Origin: Patescibacteria group bacterium | Lineage (GTDB): Bacteria > Patescibacteriota > Patescibacteriia > 2-02-FULL-49-11 | Direction: 5' to 3' | Assembly (NCBI GenBank): GCA_041645165.1 | Contig: JBAZQN010000008.1 | Span: 2,374-66,373 of the forward strand | DNA: 64,000 nt | Shown: positions 54,142 through 63,304 of the stretch, piece after piece | Layout: each line of letters starts with the position of its first letter | Numbering within the stretch: position 1 is the first letter of the stretch | Translations under genes and position numbers: made by a program | Notes under the pieces: model-generated | What the model was told of the DNA's origin: nothing | What the model saw: the letters and a program-made list of their open reading frames with translations, nothing else | Database searches by the model: none

Positions 54142-54285
54142 GCGGATTCACGCAAATAGCCGGCCGTATGTAGCGTCGGAGCTTGTCTCCGACCAATCAA
54201 TAGCTGTGATCCGTTGGTGGTTGGTGGCAGATGAACTGCCACGCTACAATTGATACCGTAACGGGACCGGACGCGGATTAACGCG
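54142..54285 (+). ncRNA. Candidate structured RNA element (three hairpins closed by a 7-bp helix) flanked by direct repeats ACGCGGATT(C/A)ACGC, in a 276-bp non-coding gap.
   Basis: GTAGCGT / ACGCTAC closing helix. Internal hairpins CGGAG-cttgt-CTCCG, ACCAA-(17 nt)-TTGGT and GGCAG-atgaa-CTGCC. Not a canonical tRNA (wrong loop sizes). Confidence 0.3.
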
Positions 54286-54315
54286 GATATTCTTCTACTA
54301 TCTCATACTGTAATC

Positions 54316-55917
54316 ATGATTCATAAAAAACAAGCGATTATTTACGGGTGCGTGGTATTGCTTGCGTTTGCATTGCGCGCGTATTCTCCTACTCCTATAG
54401 ACCTGATAGGCGATGACGCAACGTATGCGTTTCGAAGCGTAGGATATTTTGACCATATGGCATCACAGCTGCAAACCACACCTTACCAGTGGTTTGAAGC
54501 AGTACCCTGGTGGGCAAAACTTTCATTCCATGACCATCCGCCCGTCGCATTTCTTGCTTTCCATATTATTTTTGGCATTTTCGGAATGACCACGCTGGTG
54601 GCACACAGCATTCCGATTCTCTTAGGCACCTTGAGCGTGGCGCTTTGCATTGCGGTCGGCGCAAGGTTAAGTTCGCCGCGCGTAGGAATTATTGCAGGAT
54701 TCCTTTTTGCGGTCACCAGCCTGTCAATATGGATATCCCGCGTCTTGTATTTGGAAACTATACTGATCCCTTTATTGTTATTCACTATCTATTGCGCGCT
54801 TCGCGCGCGTCTATCGCCTTCATGGTGGATTATTACAGGATTCTCATTTGGTTTATCCATAGCTACCAAATATACTGCAATATTTCTTTTACCCGCGTTG
54901 TGTTATCTCGCGTATCCTTTGTGGCATACGAAAAAACAGATCAGGTTCGGCATTTTTGTGGCAATAGCTGCCCTCACCCCCGTCATAATCTATAACATTT
55001 TTCTCTACCAGACGCGAGGTCATTTTGATTATCAGCTTACACGCCTTTTCCGCATAACGACGCAAGATTGGCCCCGATTAGCCGTCACTTCAAGTCCTGC
55101 GTCTTTAATCAGTATTTTTTCCAGCATCCAAGACGCGGTTTCGTGGCCAGCTGCCATTCTTTTCCTTCTCGCCGCATGGTGGTCCTTTTTCCGTTGGATA
55201 CGGAATAAAAATAATGAACAAGGCGTTATTGCGCTCTTGCTTCTTTTTTTTAACCTAGAAATTATTTTTTTAGGAAATGCAGTTCGTTTCTTAAGCCCTA
55301 TAATTCCGTTTCTTTGCCTTAGCGCAGGAATACTTTTGGATGATATATGGAAAGGTGCGTTAGGTTTTACAAAAATCGCACTTCTCGCCGGAGCATCTTT
55401 TGCAGTAATTGCAATGTGCGCATATAGCATTAATACTCATTTCTTGGCACAACCTTGGGGGCGTGCGGGCCTTGCGTTCTCCTCGACCAGAGGAGAAAAT
55501 TATGGATATGAACAATTAGACCAATACTTGCTTACTCTCTACCAAGAACGAGATTCAGTTGATGATTTATGGGACGTCGCAGCGGTTGAAAAAACATTGT
55601 ATATATTTGATTCTAATATAAATTACTTCCCCAAAATGTGGTATGTCCAGAGACGCGTGACGTACCAGGGCATACCCTTCACTTCATCACTTGAATTCCG
55701 CAAACTTATTCAGGAAAACGGTGAAAGTTATTTCCCTCAAAAAGGCTATACCTATTATGTGCTTATTCATGCGCTGTCGGGAACGTTAATGGTTCCTGCA
55801 GACATTCGAAATAAAGTCGCCGATCAGATGGCCCTCACTCTAGAGGAACAAAGTATGCAAAACGTGACGATACAAAGAAGCGATGGGGAGCCTGCATTCC
55901 GCGTCTACTTTTTTTAA
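54316..55917 (+). CDS. GT-C membrane glycosyltransferase (ArnT/PMT, GT39/GT83-like).
   Basis: About 11 TM helices with an N-terminal loop motif (DDATYAF...DHPP). A periplasmic C-terminal domain. Confidence 0.55.
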   Translation: MIHKKQAIIYGCVVLLAFALRAYSPTPIDLIGDDATYAFRSVGYFDHMASQLQTTPYQWFEAVPWWAKLSFHDHPPVAFLAFHIIFGIFGMTTLVAHSIPILLGTLSVALCIAVGARLSSPRVGIIAGFLFAVTSLSIWISRVLYLETILIPLLLFTIYCALRARLSPSWWIITGFSFGLSIATKYTAIFLLPALCYLAYPLWHTKKQIRFGIFVAIAALTPVIIYNIFLYQTRGHFDYQLTRLFRITTQDWPRLAVTSSPASLISIFSSIQDAVSWPAAILFLLAAWWSFFRWIRNKNNEQGVIALLLLFFNLEIIFLGNAVRFLSPIIPFLCLSAGILLDDIWKGALGFTKIALLAGASFAVIAMCAYSINTHFLAQPWGRAGLAFSSTRGENYGYEQLDQYLLTLYQERDSVDDLWDVAAVEKTLYIFDSNINYFPKMWYVQRRVTYQGIPFTSSLEFRKLIQENGESYFPQKGYTYYVLIHALSGTLMVPADIRNKVADQMALTLEEQSMQNVTIQRSDGEPAFRVYFF

Positions 55918-55928
55918 TTAAACATGAC

Positions 55929-57014
55929 ATGAAAAATAAAATAATAGTTGGGCTGTCCGGGGGGGTAGACTCTGCGGTTGCCGCATTACTCTTAAAATTA
56001 TCAGGCTACGCGGTCAAGGGTATTTTTATGAGGAATTGGACTGAAACGACCCCTTCGTGCAATTGGGAATGGGATTATGAATCCGCAAAAATGGCCGCAC
56101 AGCATCTCGCTATCCCGCTGGAACTCTGGGATTTTGAACAGGAATATCGTACGCAGGTATTCGAGCCTGCGCTCGCGTCCTTTTCTGAAGGCTTCACGCC
56201 CAATCCTGACATTGTCTGCAATAAACTAATTAAATTTGGAATATTTTCTGACCGCGCGCGTAATGAAGGCGCTGCCTGGATCGCCACGGGCCACTATGCC
56301 AGAATTAAACTGCGAATAGGAAAAATAGGTTCTACCCTGTCCCTGCTGTCCGGGAGAGATACCACTAAAGACCAAAGTTATTTCTTGAGCACGCTTACTC
56401 AACCGCAGCTTGCTCAATGCCTGTTTCCACTGGGTAATCTTACAAAACGCACAGTGCGCGCTATCGCGCAAAGCGCCAAACTGCCGAATGCCGATAGAAA
56501 AGACAGCTACGGAATCTGCTTTATTGGCGAACAGCCATTAAAAACTTTCCTGCGCTCACGCGTGCAAAGCAAACCCGGTCCTATCCAAACTGCGGAAGGG
56601 GAGACACTCGGCGCTCATGAGGGACTTGCCTTTTATACTATAGGGCAGCGGAAAGGCACCCAAATTGGCGGTAAAGGCCCGTTCTATGTGGTAGCGAAGG
56701 ATATCGCACATAATAAGCTTATAGTCGCACACGGACCGAATCATCCCTCACTTTTTACCCAAAGCCTTACCTTGCCTGAAGTGCATTGGATTGAAGGCCC
56801 TCCATCATTTCCTTTCTCCTGTTTCATCCGGCATCGTCATCTCCAACCGCTGCAAGCGGCTACCATAACCTATGATATAAATAGCAATATTATGATACAA
56901 TTCAATCAGCCTCAACGCGCCGTCACCCCCGGTCAATTTTTAGCCATATACGGCCAGGATAAAGAAACATGTTTCGGCGGAGGCACTATCGTAGAAATTT
57001 CGCAATATGAATAA
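55929..57014 (+). CDS. mnmA: tRNA-specific 2-thiouridylase MnmA.
   Basis: PP-loop IIVGLSGGVDSAVAA and catalytic Cys contexts (CNWEWDY..., YGICFIGE). Confidence 0.85.
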   Translation: MKNKIIVGLSGGVDSAVAALLLKLSGYAVKGIFMRNWTETTPSCNWEWDYESAKMAAQHLAIPLELWDFEQEYRTQVFEPALASFSEGFTPNPDIVCNKLIKFGIFSDRARNEGAAWIATGHYARIKLRIGKIGSTLSLLSGRDTTKDQSYFLSTLTQPQLAQCLFPLGNLTKRTVRAIAQSAKLPNADRKDSYGICFIGEQPLKTFLRSRVQSKPGPIQTAEGETLGAHEGLAFYTIGQRKGTQIGGKGPFYVVAKDIAHNKLIVAHGPNHPSLFTQSLTLPEVHWIEGPPSFPFSCFIRHRHLQPLQAATITYDINSNIMIQFNQPQRAVTPGQFLAIYGQDKETCFGGGTIVEISQYE

Positions 57015-57276
57015 AGTGATAATAACATTTTACGGACGCGTACAAGGGGTTGGTCTTCGCGTGTTTATCGCACAATGCGCTGGCGAACATAATGTCACAG
57101 GCACTGTGCAGAATAAGCCTGACGGGACAGTGCAAGCGGAACTCTGGGGCGATAAAGATCAATTAGCAAAATATATTGAAATATCTGCGCGCGGTTCACG
57201 CTTCTCCCGCATTGAAAATATCACGACCGTCTGGGGTGTAGCTGATCACGCACCTAATAATTTTAGAATCCTATGA
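57007..57276 (+). CDS. acyP: Acylphosphatase.
   Basis: VIITFYGRVQGVGLRVF...GTVQNKPDGTVQAELWG signature. Confidence 0.8.
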   Translation: MNKVIITFYGRVQGVGLRVFIAQCAGEHNVTGTVQNKPDGTVQAELWGDKDQLAKYIEISARGSRFSRIENITTVWGVADHAPNNFRIL

Positions 57277-58766
57277 GATACGGCACGAACAGGGTAGTAG
57301 AAATTTTACCTGGCGCACTTACCTGGACCACCCTTATCGCAGTGGTCACTTTATCTTTTGTCAAACCTGTTTGGGTAATCGTATTTGTCATTTTATTTGA
57401 TTTATATTGGCTGATACGCGTCTTGTATTTCGTCACATGGCTTTTTGTATCATGGATGCGGTATAGGCAAGAGGTAAAAATATCTTGGTTAGACAAACTG
57501 AAGACAATTCCTTTATGGCACGATCTGTGGCATATCGTATTCCTCCCCACTTATAAAGACACAGAAGAGGTGCTCGAAACCACATTCCGCGCCCTTGATG
57601 AAAGCAATTACCCTCATGACCGCATTATTATCGTATTGGCGGGCGAAGAGCGTGACCAAGAGCGATTTGAACACATTTCCCAATCAATCATACATCGTTA
57701 TGAAAACCGGTTTGCCCAAATCATCACCACGCTCCATCCTTCAGATCTTCCTGATGAGATTCCCGGGAAGGGATCGAACCTCTACTGGGCGGGAAAGCGC
57801 ACACAAGAATTTATTGATGCAAAACAAATTCCATATGACCGTATTGTAGTATCAGCTTTTGATATAGACACTGTCGTACATCCGCAATATTTTGCCAGAT
57901 TGAGTTATGCATTTCTCACGCACCCCACTCCATTAAGAACAAGCTATCAGCCTCTCGCGCTTTTTAATAATAACATCTGGGACACTCCATCCTTCAGCCG
58001 GGTAGTCGCAAATTCAACTACCTTTTGGCTTATGACGGAACTCGCGCGCCCTGAGCGCCTGCTCACCTTTTCCTCGCATGCGATGCCGTGGCAAGCCCTT
58101 GTAGACGTGGGATTTTGGCAAAAAGACATTGTCAATGAAGATGCGCGCATTTCCATGCAATGTCTCGTGCACTACCATGGCGACTACCGCGTGACGCCAC
58201 TTTATATACCGGTATCTATGGATACCTGTTACGGTGGAAGCGTATTAAAAACTATTACCAACCAATATAAACAAATGAGGCGCTGGGCATGGTCTGTGGA
58301 ACATCTGCCCTATTTGGTTTCCAGTTTTAAAAACGATTCTCTCACGCCGTTAAGAATAAAATTTAAATATATCTGGATCATTGGGGAGGGGACCTACTCG
58401 TGGGCCACCGCGGCAATGCTCATTACCCTAAGTCGACTCCCTTTATGGGTAGCAGCCCACGTATCATCCACTTCGCTCCTTGTGCAAAATGCGCCCTTTG
58501 TACTTGAATGGCTTATGCGTCTGGCGATGCTTGGCATTGCGGTCAGCGCATTCGTGAGTGTAAGTATGCTTCCTCCTGCGCCTCGCCATAAAACATACAA
58601 AATTCTTACTATGGTGGCGCAGTGGTTTCTTTTGCCAATTACCCTTCTCGTATTTGGTTCCATCCCCGCCATAGATGCGCAAACCCGCCTTATGTTCGGC
58701 AAATACCTAGGTTTCTGGTCAACAGAAAAAGTGAGAACAAAAAATCGTGTACCACACGTGTCATAG
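57273..58766 (+). CDS. Membrane GT2 family glycosyltransferase (processive, cellulose/chitin-synthase-like).
   Basis: DID / DED motifs and QYKQMRRWAWS (QxxRW) flanked by TM helices. Confidence 0.65.
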   Translation: MRYGTNRVVEILPGALTWTTLIAVVTLSFVKPVWVIVFVILFDLYWLIRVLYFVTWLFVSWMRYRQEVKISWLDKLKTIPLWHDLWHIVFLPTYKDTEEVLETTFRALDESNYPHDRIIIVLAGEERDQERFEHISQSIIHRYENRFAQIITTLHPSDLPDEIPGKGSNLYWAGKRTQEFIDAKQIPYDRIVVSAFDIDTVVHPQYFARLSYAFLTHPTPLRTSYQPLALFNNNIWDTPSFSRVVANSTTFWLMTELARPERLLTFSSHAMPWQALVDVGFWQKDIVNEDARISMQCLVHYHGDYRVTPLYIPVSMDTCYGGSVLKTITNQYKQMRRWAWSVEHLPYLVSSFKNDSLTPLRIKFKYIWIIGEGTYSWATAAMLITLSRLPLWVAAHVSSTSLLVQNAPFVLEWLMRLAMLGIAVSAFVSVSMLPPAPRHKTYKILTMVAQWFLLPITLLVFGSIPAIDAQTRLMFGKYLGFWSTEKVRTKNRVPHVS

Positions 58767-58919
58767 TGAGCCGAGTCGAGTGGTGAGCTTGTCGAACCAT
58801 CCGTTTGCGCTTTTCTTCACGGGTGGTAGGATAAAGGTATCATTGCGGAGGGATTATTTCTACCCTCATGCGCTCTTCAATCCTTAAACGCATCGCTTCC
58901 ATTCTCATTGACATAACCG

Positions 58920-59117
58920 ATGTGTGGGTGTTGCTCGCCTATGTCCCTCAAGCATGTTGCCCGCCATGCCCGTGTGAGCGGTCTTAAAGGCGTCGTCGCG
59001 GAGACGGAAGCCGAGAACATCCCTGCGCAGAGACTCTACAAGAGATGCAGTTTTCAGCGGATCAAAAATCCGAGGTTTGAAGGGCATACTTACCGGCTTA
59101 AGTTTCAACGGGGCTAA
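58920..59117 (+). pseudogene. Remnant of a GNAT N-acetyltransferase (C-terminal fragment only).
   Basis: ...VVAETEAENIPAQRLYKRCSFQRI is a GNAT motif C/D fragment. No N-terminal acetyl-CoA binding region. Confidence 0.45.
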
Positions 59118-59180
59118 AATCCTCAGTAATTTCCTTCGTAGACGAAATGAGACGTCACCATTGGTGAAAGGAGATAAGGT

Positions 59181-60167
59181 ATGAATATTGATCATGTATC
59201 ATCGGCGGTCGCCGAGCATTTTGGTGGTTTGTGGGAAATCACGGCTCAGCAACGAACGCTTAATGGCGTGATATTTTTCCTCCGCAGCGGCAGTCGTGAG
59301 ATGGTGGCGAAAGCGCCCGCTCTTCGTTTGTTCGCGCAGACGCCGATAGCCGATCGTATTCAAACAGCATATCGCATAAATCAAGATGCGGCTCGTTACC
59401 GCGAGCTCCTAAAAAAATATAATGTTCCTTTAGCCCATGAATTTAAGGCGATAATCTTGCCGGGAGGGGAAGCGTTGCATGTCGTTTCACACGAAGGACC
59501 CAACTGTTTGGCAATTCTTGAGAGTCAGCCTACCCTCGAGATTGTACGTACTGTCATCCGAGGCATCCTGGAAGCCGTTATGGGAGTGCTGCATCAACCT
59601 GATCCTCCTGAAGTGGGGATCGACTTGAAGCTCGATAATTTTACCAAGAACGGAGGGATATTTTATGTCGATCAATTCCCGCCGTTGTATTATGACGCCG
59701 CGCGTGGCGCGTACATTGTGCATGAACCGCAGCCGGAAGATCCCAATGAAGTAGCAAGACAGGTTCAACGCAAATTCACCGTAAACGGTAATTTGCGCAG
59801 ATTCCGGTCTTTTATTCTTAAGGTTTCCCGCGTTTTTGAAAATGTATGGCTTGAAGAGGTCGAGCGAGTGCTGGATCCGTCGCTCTGGCGGGAAGTGCGG
59901 GCATTCTTCGAAAATCTCCCCGGTCAACAATTACGCCCGCCAGTGCGGCGGGCTGATTTCTTGATGGCGATGGAGTCGTTGAAGCCTGACGATTATGACG
60001 GGATGCGCGATGTTGCGCTTCGGGTCGTTCCAGGTGGTTCACAACGAAAGGAGTTGCTGGACCAGGTCTTTCTTGCCGCTCGTTTCCGCGGACCTGACGG
60101 AAACCAGTTAGATGACCCAAAGTCATCTGTCATCAGGCTTCTCGTTCCTTTTTGCCGCAGCAGGTAG
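59181..60167 (+). CDS. Hypothetical protein-kinase-like-fold (APH/choline-kinase-like) enzyme.
   Basis: Catalytic-loop-like GIDLKLDNF and a downstream DQF. No Gly-rich P-loop seen. Confidence 0.3.
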   Translation: MNIDHVSSAVAEHFGGLWEITAQQRTLNGVIFFLRSGSREMVAKAPALRLFAQTPIADRIQTAYRINQDAARYRELLKKYNVPLAHEFKAIILPGGEALHVVSHEGPNCLAILESQPTLEIVRTVIRGILEAVMGVLHQPDPPEVGIDLKLDNFTKNGGIFYVDQFPPLYYDAARGAYIVHEPQPEDPNEVARQVQRKFTVNGNLRRFRSFILKVSRVFENVWLEEVERVLDPSLWREVRAFFENLPGQQLRPPVRRADFLMAMESLKPDDYDGMRDVALRVVPGGSQRKELLDQVFLAARFRGPDGNQLDDPKSSVIRLLVPFCRSR

Positions 60168-60170
60168 GTA

Positions 60171-60857
60171 TCAATTGTGAATATGTTTGATACCAAATTC
60201 TGGCACCACTATCGTATCGTCGAATTGCAGAATGAATTGAACCGCTTTTGCTACCTCCTCCGGATCGATGGCGTTGCGCATATTTTTTTCAATACCCGCT
60301 TTCTGGAAGAGGCGCGTGTTCAGCTTGCCGGGATAGACTCCGGTTACGCGAATATTGTGTTCTGCAAGTTCTGCCTGGATTGACTTCGTGAAACCAGTGA
60401 TCGCCCATTTGGAAGCAAAGTACACGGACATATTGGGTTTCGCGTACAAACCGGCTTGAGAAATAATGTTTACTATGGTTCCGCTCCTTCGTTTTTTCAT
60501 AAAGGGGATAACCGCTTTGGTCAAATATATCGTGCCCAAAGTATTTACTTCTATCGTTTTTTTGATATCCCGAAGGCTGTGGTCTTCCAAATTGCCTTGC
60601 GCCCAAACACCTGCGCAATTGATCAGGTAGTCTATGCGTTTATATTTTTTTAGAATGTTGCGTACGGCGCGTTGTACGCTGGGATACGCAGTGACATCGC
60701 CTATTTCATAGGCACATCCCAATTCTTGCGCAGTTGTGCGGAGTTTTTCTTTATGGGGTGACATGATGACTACCATGGAGGCGTCCCCCGTCAATTTGCG
60801 CGCGATTGCTTTACCCAGACCATCACTCCCGCCGGATATCACGATGACGTTTTTCAT
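60171..60857 (-). CDS. Short-chain dehydrogenase/reductase (SDR).
   Basis: VIVISGGSDGLGKAIA (TGxxxGxG-like) and the YASK catalytic motif (SVYFASKWA). Confidence 0.8.
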   Translation of the reverse strand: MKNVIVISGGSDGLGKAIARKLTGDASMVVIMSPHKEKLRTTAQELGCAYEIGDVTAYPSVQRAVRNILKKYKRIDYLINCAGVWAQGNLEDHSLRDIKKTIEVNTLGTIYLTKAVIPFMKKRRSGTIVNIISQAGLYAKPNMSVYFASKWAITGFTKSIQAELAEHNIRVTGVYPGKLNTRLFQKAGIEKNMRNAIDPEEVAKAVQFILQFDDTIVVPEFGIKHIHN

Positions 60858-61067
60858 AATGTCGCATTATTGTGAGTATTCACACGCTAAACCAAGTGTA
60901 AGCGATTCGGTGTATAAAAGCAATTTTCTTTTACCCATCACGTTCCCGCATAGCGTTATACATCGGCTAGTGTTGCGGGGAGCATTTTGGGGAATGCGTT
61001 GACAGAGTGAAATCGTATGGTAAGATGACAAACTATTTTTGTCGCCCCAACTTTACTTCGCGACCAT

Positions 61068-62612
61068 ATGGACATCGATCAGAGTAACTCCTCGACACGT
61101 GAGCCGGTCATAGTTTTTGATATCGGAGGGACATGGTTTCGAAGCGGGATCCTTCTTTCTAATAGTCGATTGATCGATGTTACAAAAACTCCGGCAGTCA
61201 ATTACAGAACTCATCCGAATCAGAAAGTATCCGAGCTACAAACTTCGCTCATGGTGTATCTCACGAAGGAAGCTCGTCGTTTAAGATCCGATTTTTCGGG
61301 AACGCGTTTGCGGACGGTGGGAGTTTCTATGGGTGCGGCGTTGAACGCCCACACAGGTCTCATTTTGAATTCTGGCCCACTCTGGGGGCCGGAATGTAAA
61401 CCATTTGATCTTAAGAGGAATCTCGCGAAGAGAGACCCTTCATTTAATTGGCTTATTCTGAACGATATTTCCGCTGCACTTATAAGGCATGTCGCGGATA
61501 TAAATTGTGAGCAGTATAAGAAAGTATCTCTCGTCACAGTGAGTACGGGGATCGGCGCACGCGCTATTGACGTGCGTACGCATGTTATGCCGCTTGATCC
61601 GCGTCACGGCATACAAGGAGAAATCGGTCACATTCCGATCGAATTTACCTTTCGTGGCGCACGCATTGAACGCGTATGCGACTGCGGCGGGCGCAACCAT
61701 CTTAACGCATTTTGTTCAGGGAGGGGGATTGAATCGCTGTTGGAGACTCTGCCCAGGAAATACCCGAATGCATCCAGGAGAATCACTCCCTCTCGCTTCT
61801 TGAAGGGAAAAACGCCGTTATCATTTTCCTCTTTCGCCCATGCAGTGAAACGGGAGGATGAATGGGCGAGGGAATTGCTCGATGCAGTAACGCTTCCGCT
61901 CGCAAGGTTACTCGTCACGGCTTTTACCTTTGATCCTGAGATGAGCGTTGTATTTGTGACCGGAGGTGTGGTTGATACTTTGGGCGAACATTATCGACGA
62001 AGCCTCCTTAAGAACCTCAATGCCATAGGACTCTATCAAATCACCGGACGCGAGCCTTCGTTTTTTGGAAAACGAGTACGCACCGGAATACACGATGACC
62101 GTTCCGGGTTGATTGGCGCCGGTCTCTATGCGCGCATGCACGACATTGCTGCACATCCTGATGCGCGTGACCATAAACAATGGACTGTTTCCGCTCAATC
62201 ACCCGTTCGTTACGACGTGAGAGAGGTGGACGGTCTTTTCGTCTCAGATCAATCGCCGTTATTTGCCTATCGGGGACCGAAAGCGAATCACTCAACCCGC
62301 AGATTTGTGGTAGTCGATCGCAGGGTACATCAATACTACGGCGCAGATATGAAACGGTTTTTCTCCCGACATGGCTTCCAGGCTCACCTCATGATTATGT
62401 CCATATCCGAACGACAAAAAACGATGGCGACCGTTTTGAAAATTGTGGCATCGTTCAGTACATTCGGACTTTCCCGCCGTAGCGAACCAGTGATCGCAGT
62501 TGGTGGGGGTGTTCTCCTCGATATCGTCGGTCTTGCCGCGAGTCTCTATAAGAGAGGCGTGCCCTATATTCGCGTTCCTACTACGCTCTCTCATTGGTGG
62601 ACGCGGGCGTAG
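61068..62612 (+). CDS. ROK-family sugar kinase domain fused to the N-terminal part of a DHQS-like sugar-phosphate cyclase. The 5' part of a frameshifted fusion gene.
   Basis: ROK features: VIVFDIGGTWFRSGIL and Zn motif CDCGGRNHLNAFCSG. The C-terminus ...VIAVGGGVLLDIVGLAASLYKRGVPYIRVPTTL is the DHQS NAD-binding block. The frame breaks at ~62590. Confidence 0.6.
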   Translation: MDIDQSNSSTREPVIVFDIGGTWFRSGILLSNSRLIDVTKTPAVNYRTHPNQKVSELQTSLMVYLTKEARRLRSDFSGTRLRTVGVSMGAALNAHTGLILNSGPLWGPECKPFDLKRNLAKRDPSFNWLILNDISAALIRHVADINCEQYKKVSLVTVSTGIGARAIDVRTHVMPLDPRHGIQGEIGHIPIEFTFRGARIERVCDCGGRNHLNAFCSGRGIESLLETLPRKYPNASRRITPSRFLKGKTPLSFSSFAHAVKREDEWARELLDAVTLPLARLLVTAFTFDPEMSVVFVTGGVVDTLGEHYRRSLLKNLNAIGLYQITGREPSFFGKRVRTGIHDDRSGLIGAGLYARMHDIAAHPDARDHKQWTVSAQSPVRYDVREVDGLFVSDQSPLFAYRGPKANHSTRRFVVVDRRVHQYYGADMKRFFSRHGFQAHLMIMSISERQKTMATVLKIVASFSTFGLSRRSEPVIAVGGGVLLDIVGLAASLYKRGVPYIRVPTTLSHWWTRA

Positions 62613-63304
62613 GGGTTAAAATAGGGGTGAATTTTAATGGTCACAAGAGTTGTCTTGGCGATTATTACGTACCTCTTGCCGTTTTTCTTGATGTCGGATT
62701 TTTGAAAACATTGCCCAGGCGTCATATACGTAATGGTGCGGCGGAAATCATTAAGATGGGGGTGATAAAGGATAAGGAGCTTTTTGAATTGCTCGAATCG
62801 CATGGAGAGGAACTTCAGCACAATAGATTTCAGAACAGCGCAATCGCTCGCCACGTCATACGACGTGCCATACAGGGAATACTTGAGGAATTGGAGCCGA
62901 ATCTCCAGGAAGAACGATTGGAACGCCTCGTTGATTTTGGGCATACCTTCAGTCCTCAAATTGAAATGCAAGCATTGCCTGCGCTTCTTCACGGTGAAGC
63001 GGTGGCGATCGATATGGCATTATCCACATGTATCGCGTATGAGCGAAATTTACTTTCTGAGAGCGAGAGAGACCGCATCATACGGCTGATACGTTTGTTC
63101 GGTCTGCCGGTGTTCCACCGCGTATGTACGTCTGCACTGCTCTCGCGCGCGTTACAGAAATCAACGCAGCACCGCGACGGACTGCAACGTTGTCCTCTTC
63201 CGATCCGTATAGGTATGACAACGTTTGTTAATGACATCACGGACGAGGAATTAAAAAATGCATTGAGAATATTAAAAAAGTATGCAAGATCAAGCGATAC
63301 GTGA
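62594..63304 (+). CDS. C-terminal part of the DHQS-like sugar-phosphate cyclase (continuation of the previous CDS in the +1 frame).
   Basis: VDAGVGVKIGVN (cf. VDSSVGGKTGIN), ...GAAEIIKMGVI... and HGEAVAIDMAL (metal-binding His block). Confidence 0.6.
   Translation: MVDAGVGVKIGVNFNGHKSCLGDYYVPLAVFLDVGFLKTLPRRHIRNGAAEIIKMGVIKDKELFELLESHGEELQHNRFQNSAIARHVIRRAIQGILEELEPNLQEERLERLVDFGHTFSPQIEMQALPALLHGEAVAIDMALSTCIAYERNLLSESERDRIIRLIRLFGLPVFHRVCTSALLSRALQKSTQHRDGLQRCPLPIRIGMTTFVNDITDEELKNALRILKKYARSSDT

Noticed and set aside
54170-54247. Possible tRNA gene (cloverleaf closed by a 7-bp acceptor-like stem).
   Set aside because: The D-like and T-like loops are 5 nt rather than 8-11 or 7 nt, with no T-loop GTTCRA consensus. 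The 'anticodon' loop is 17 nt. There is no CCA or discriminator context. It is kept only as a candidate structured element.
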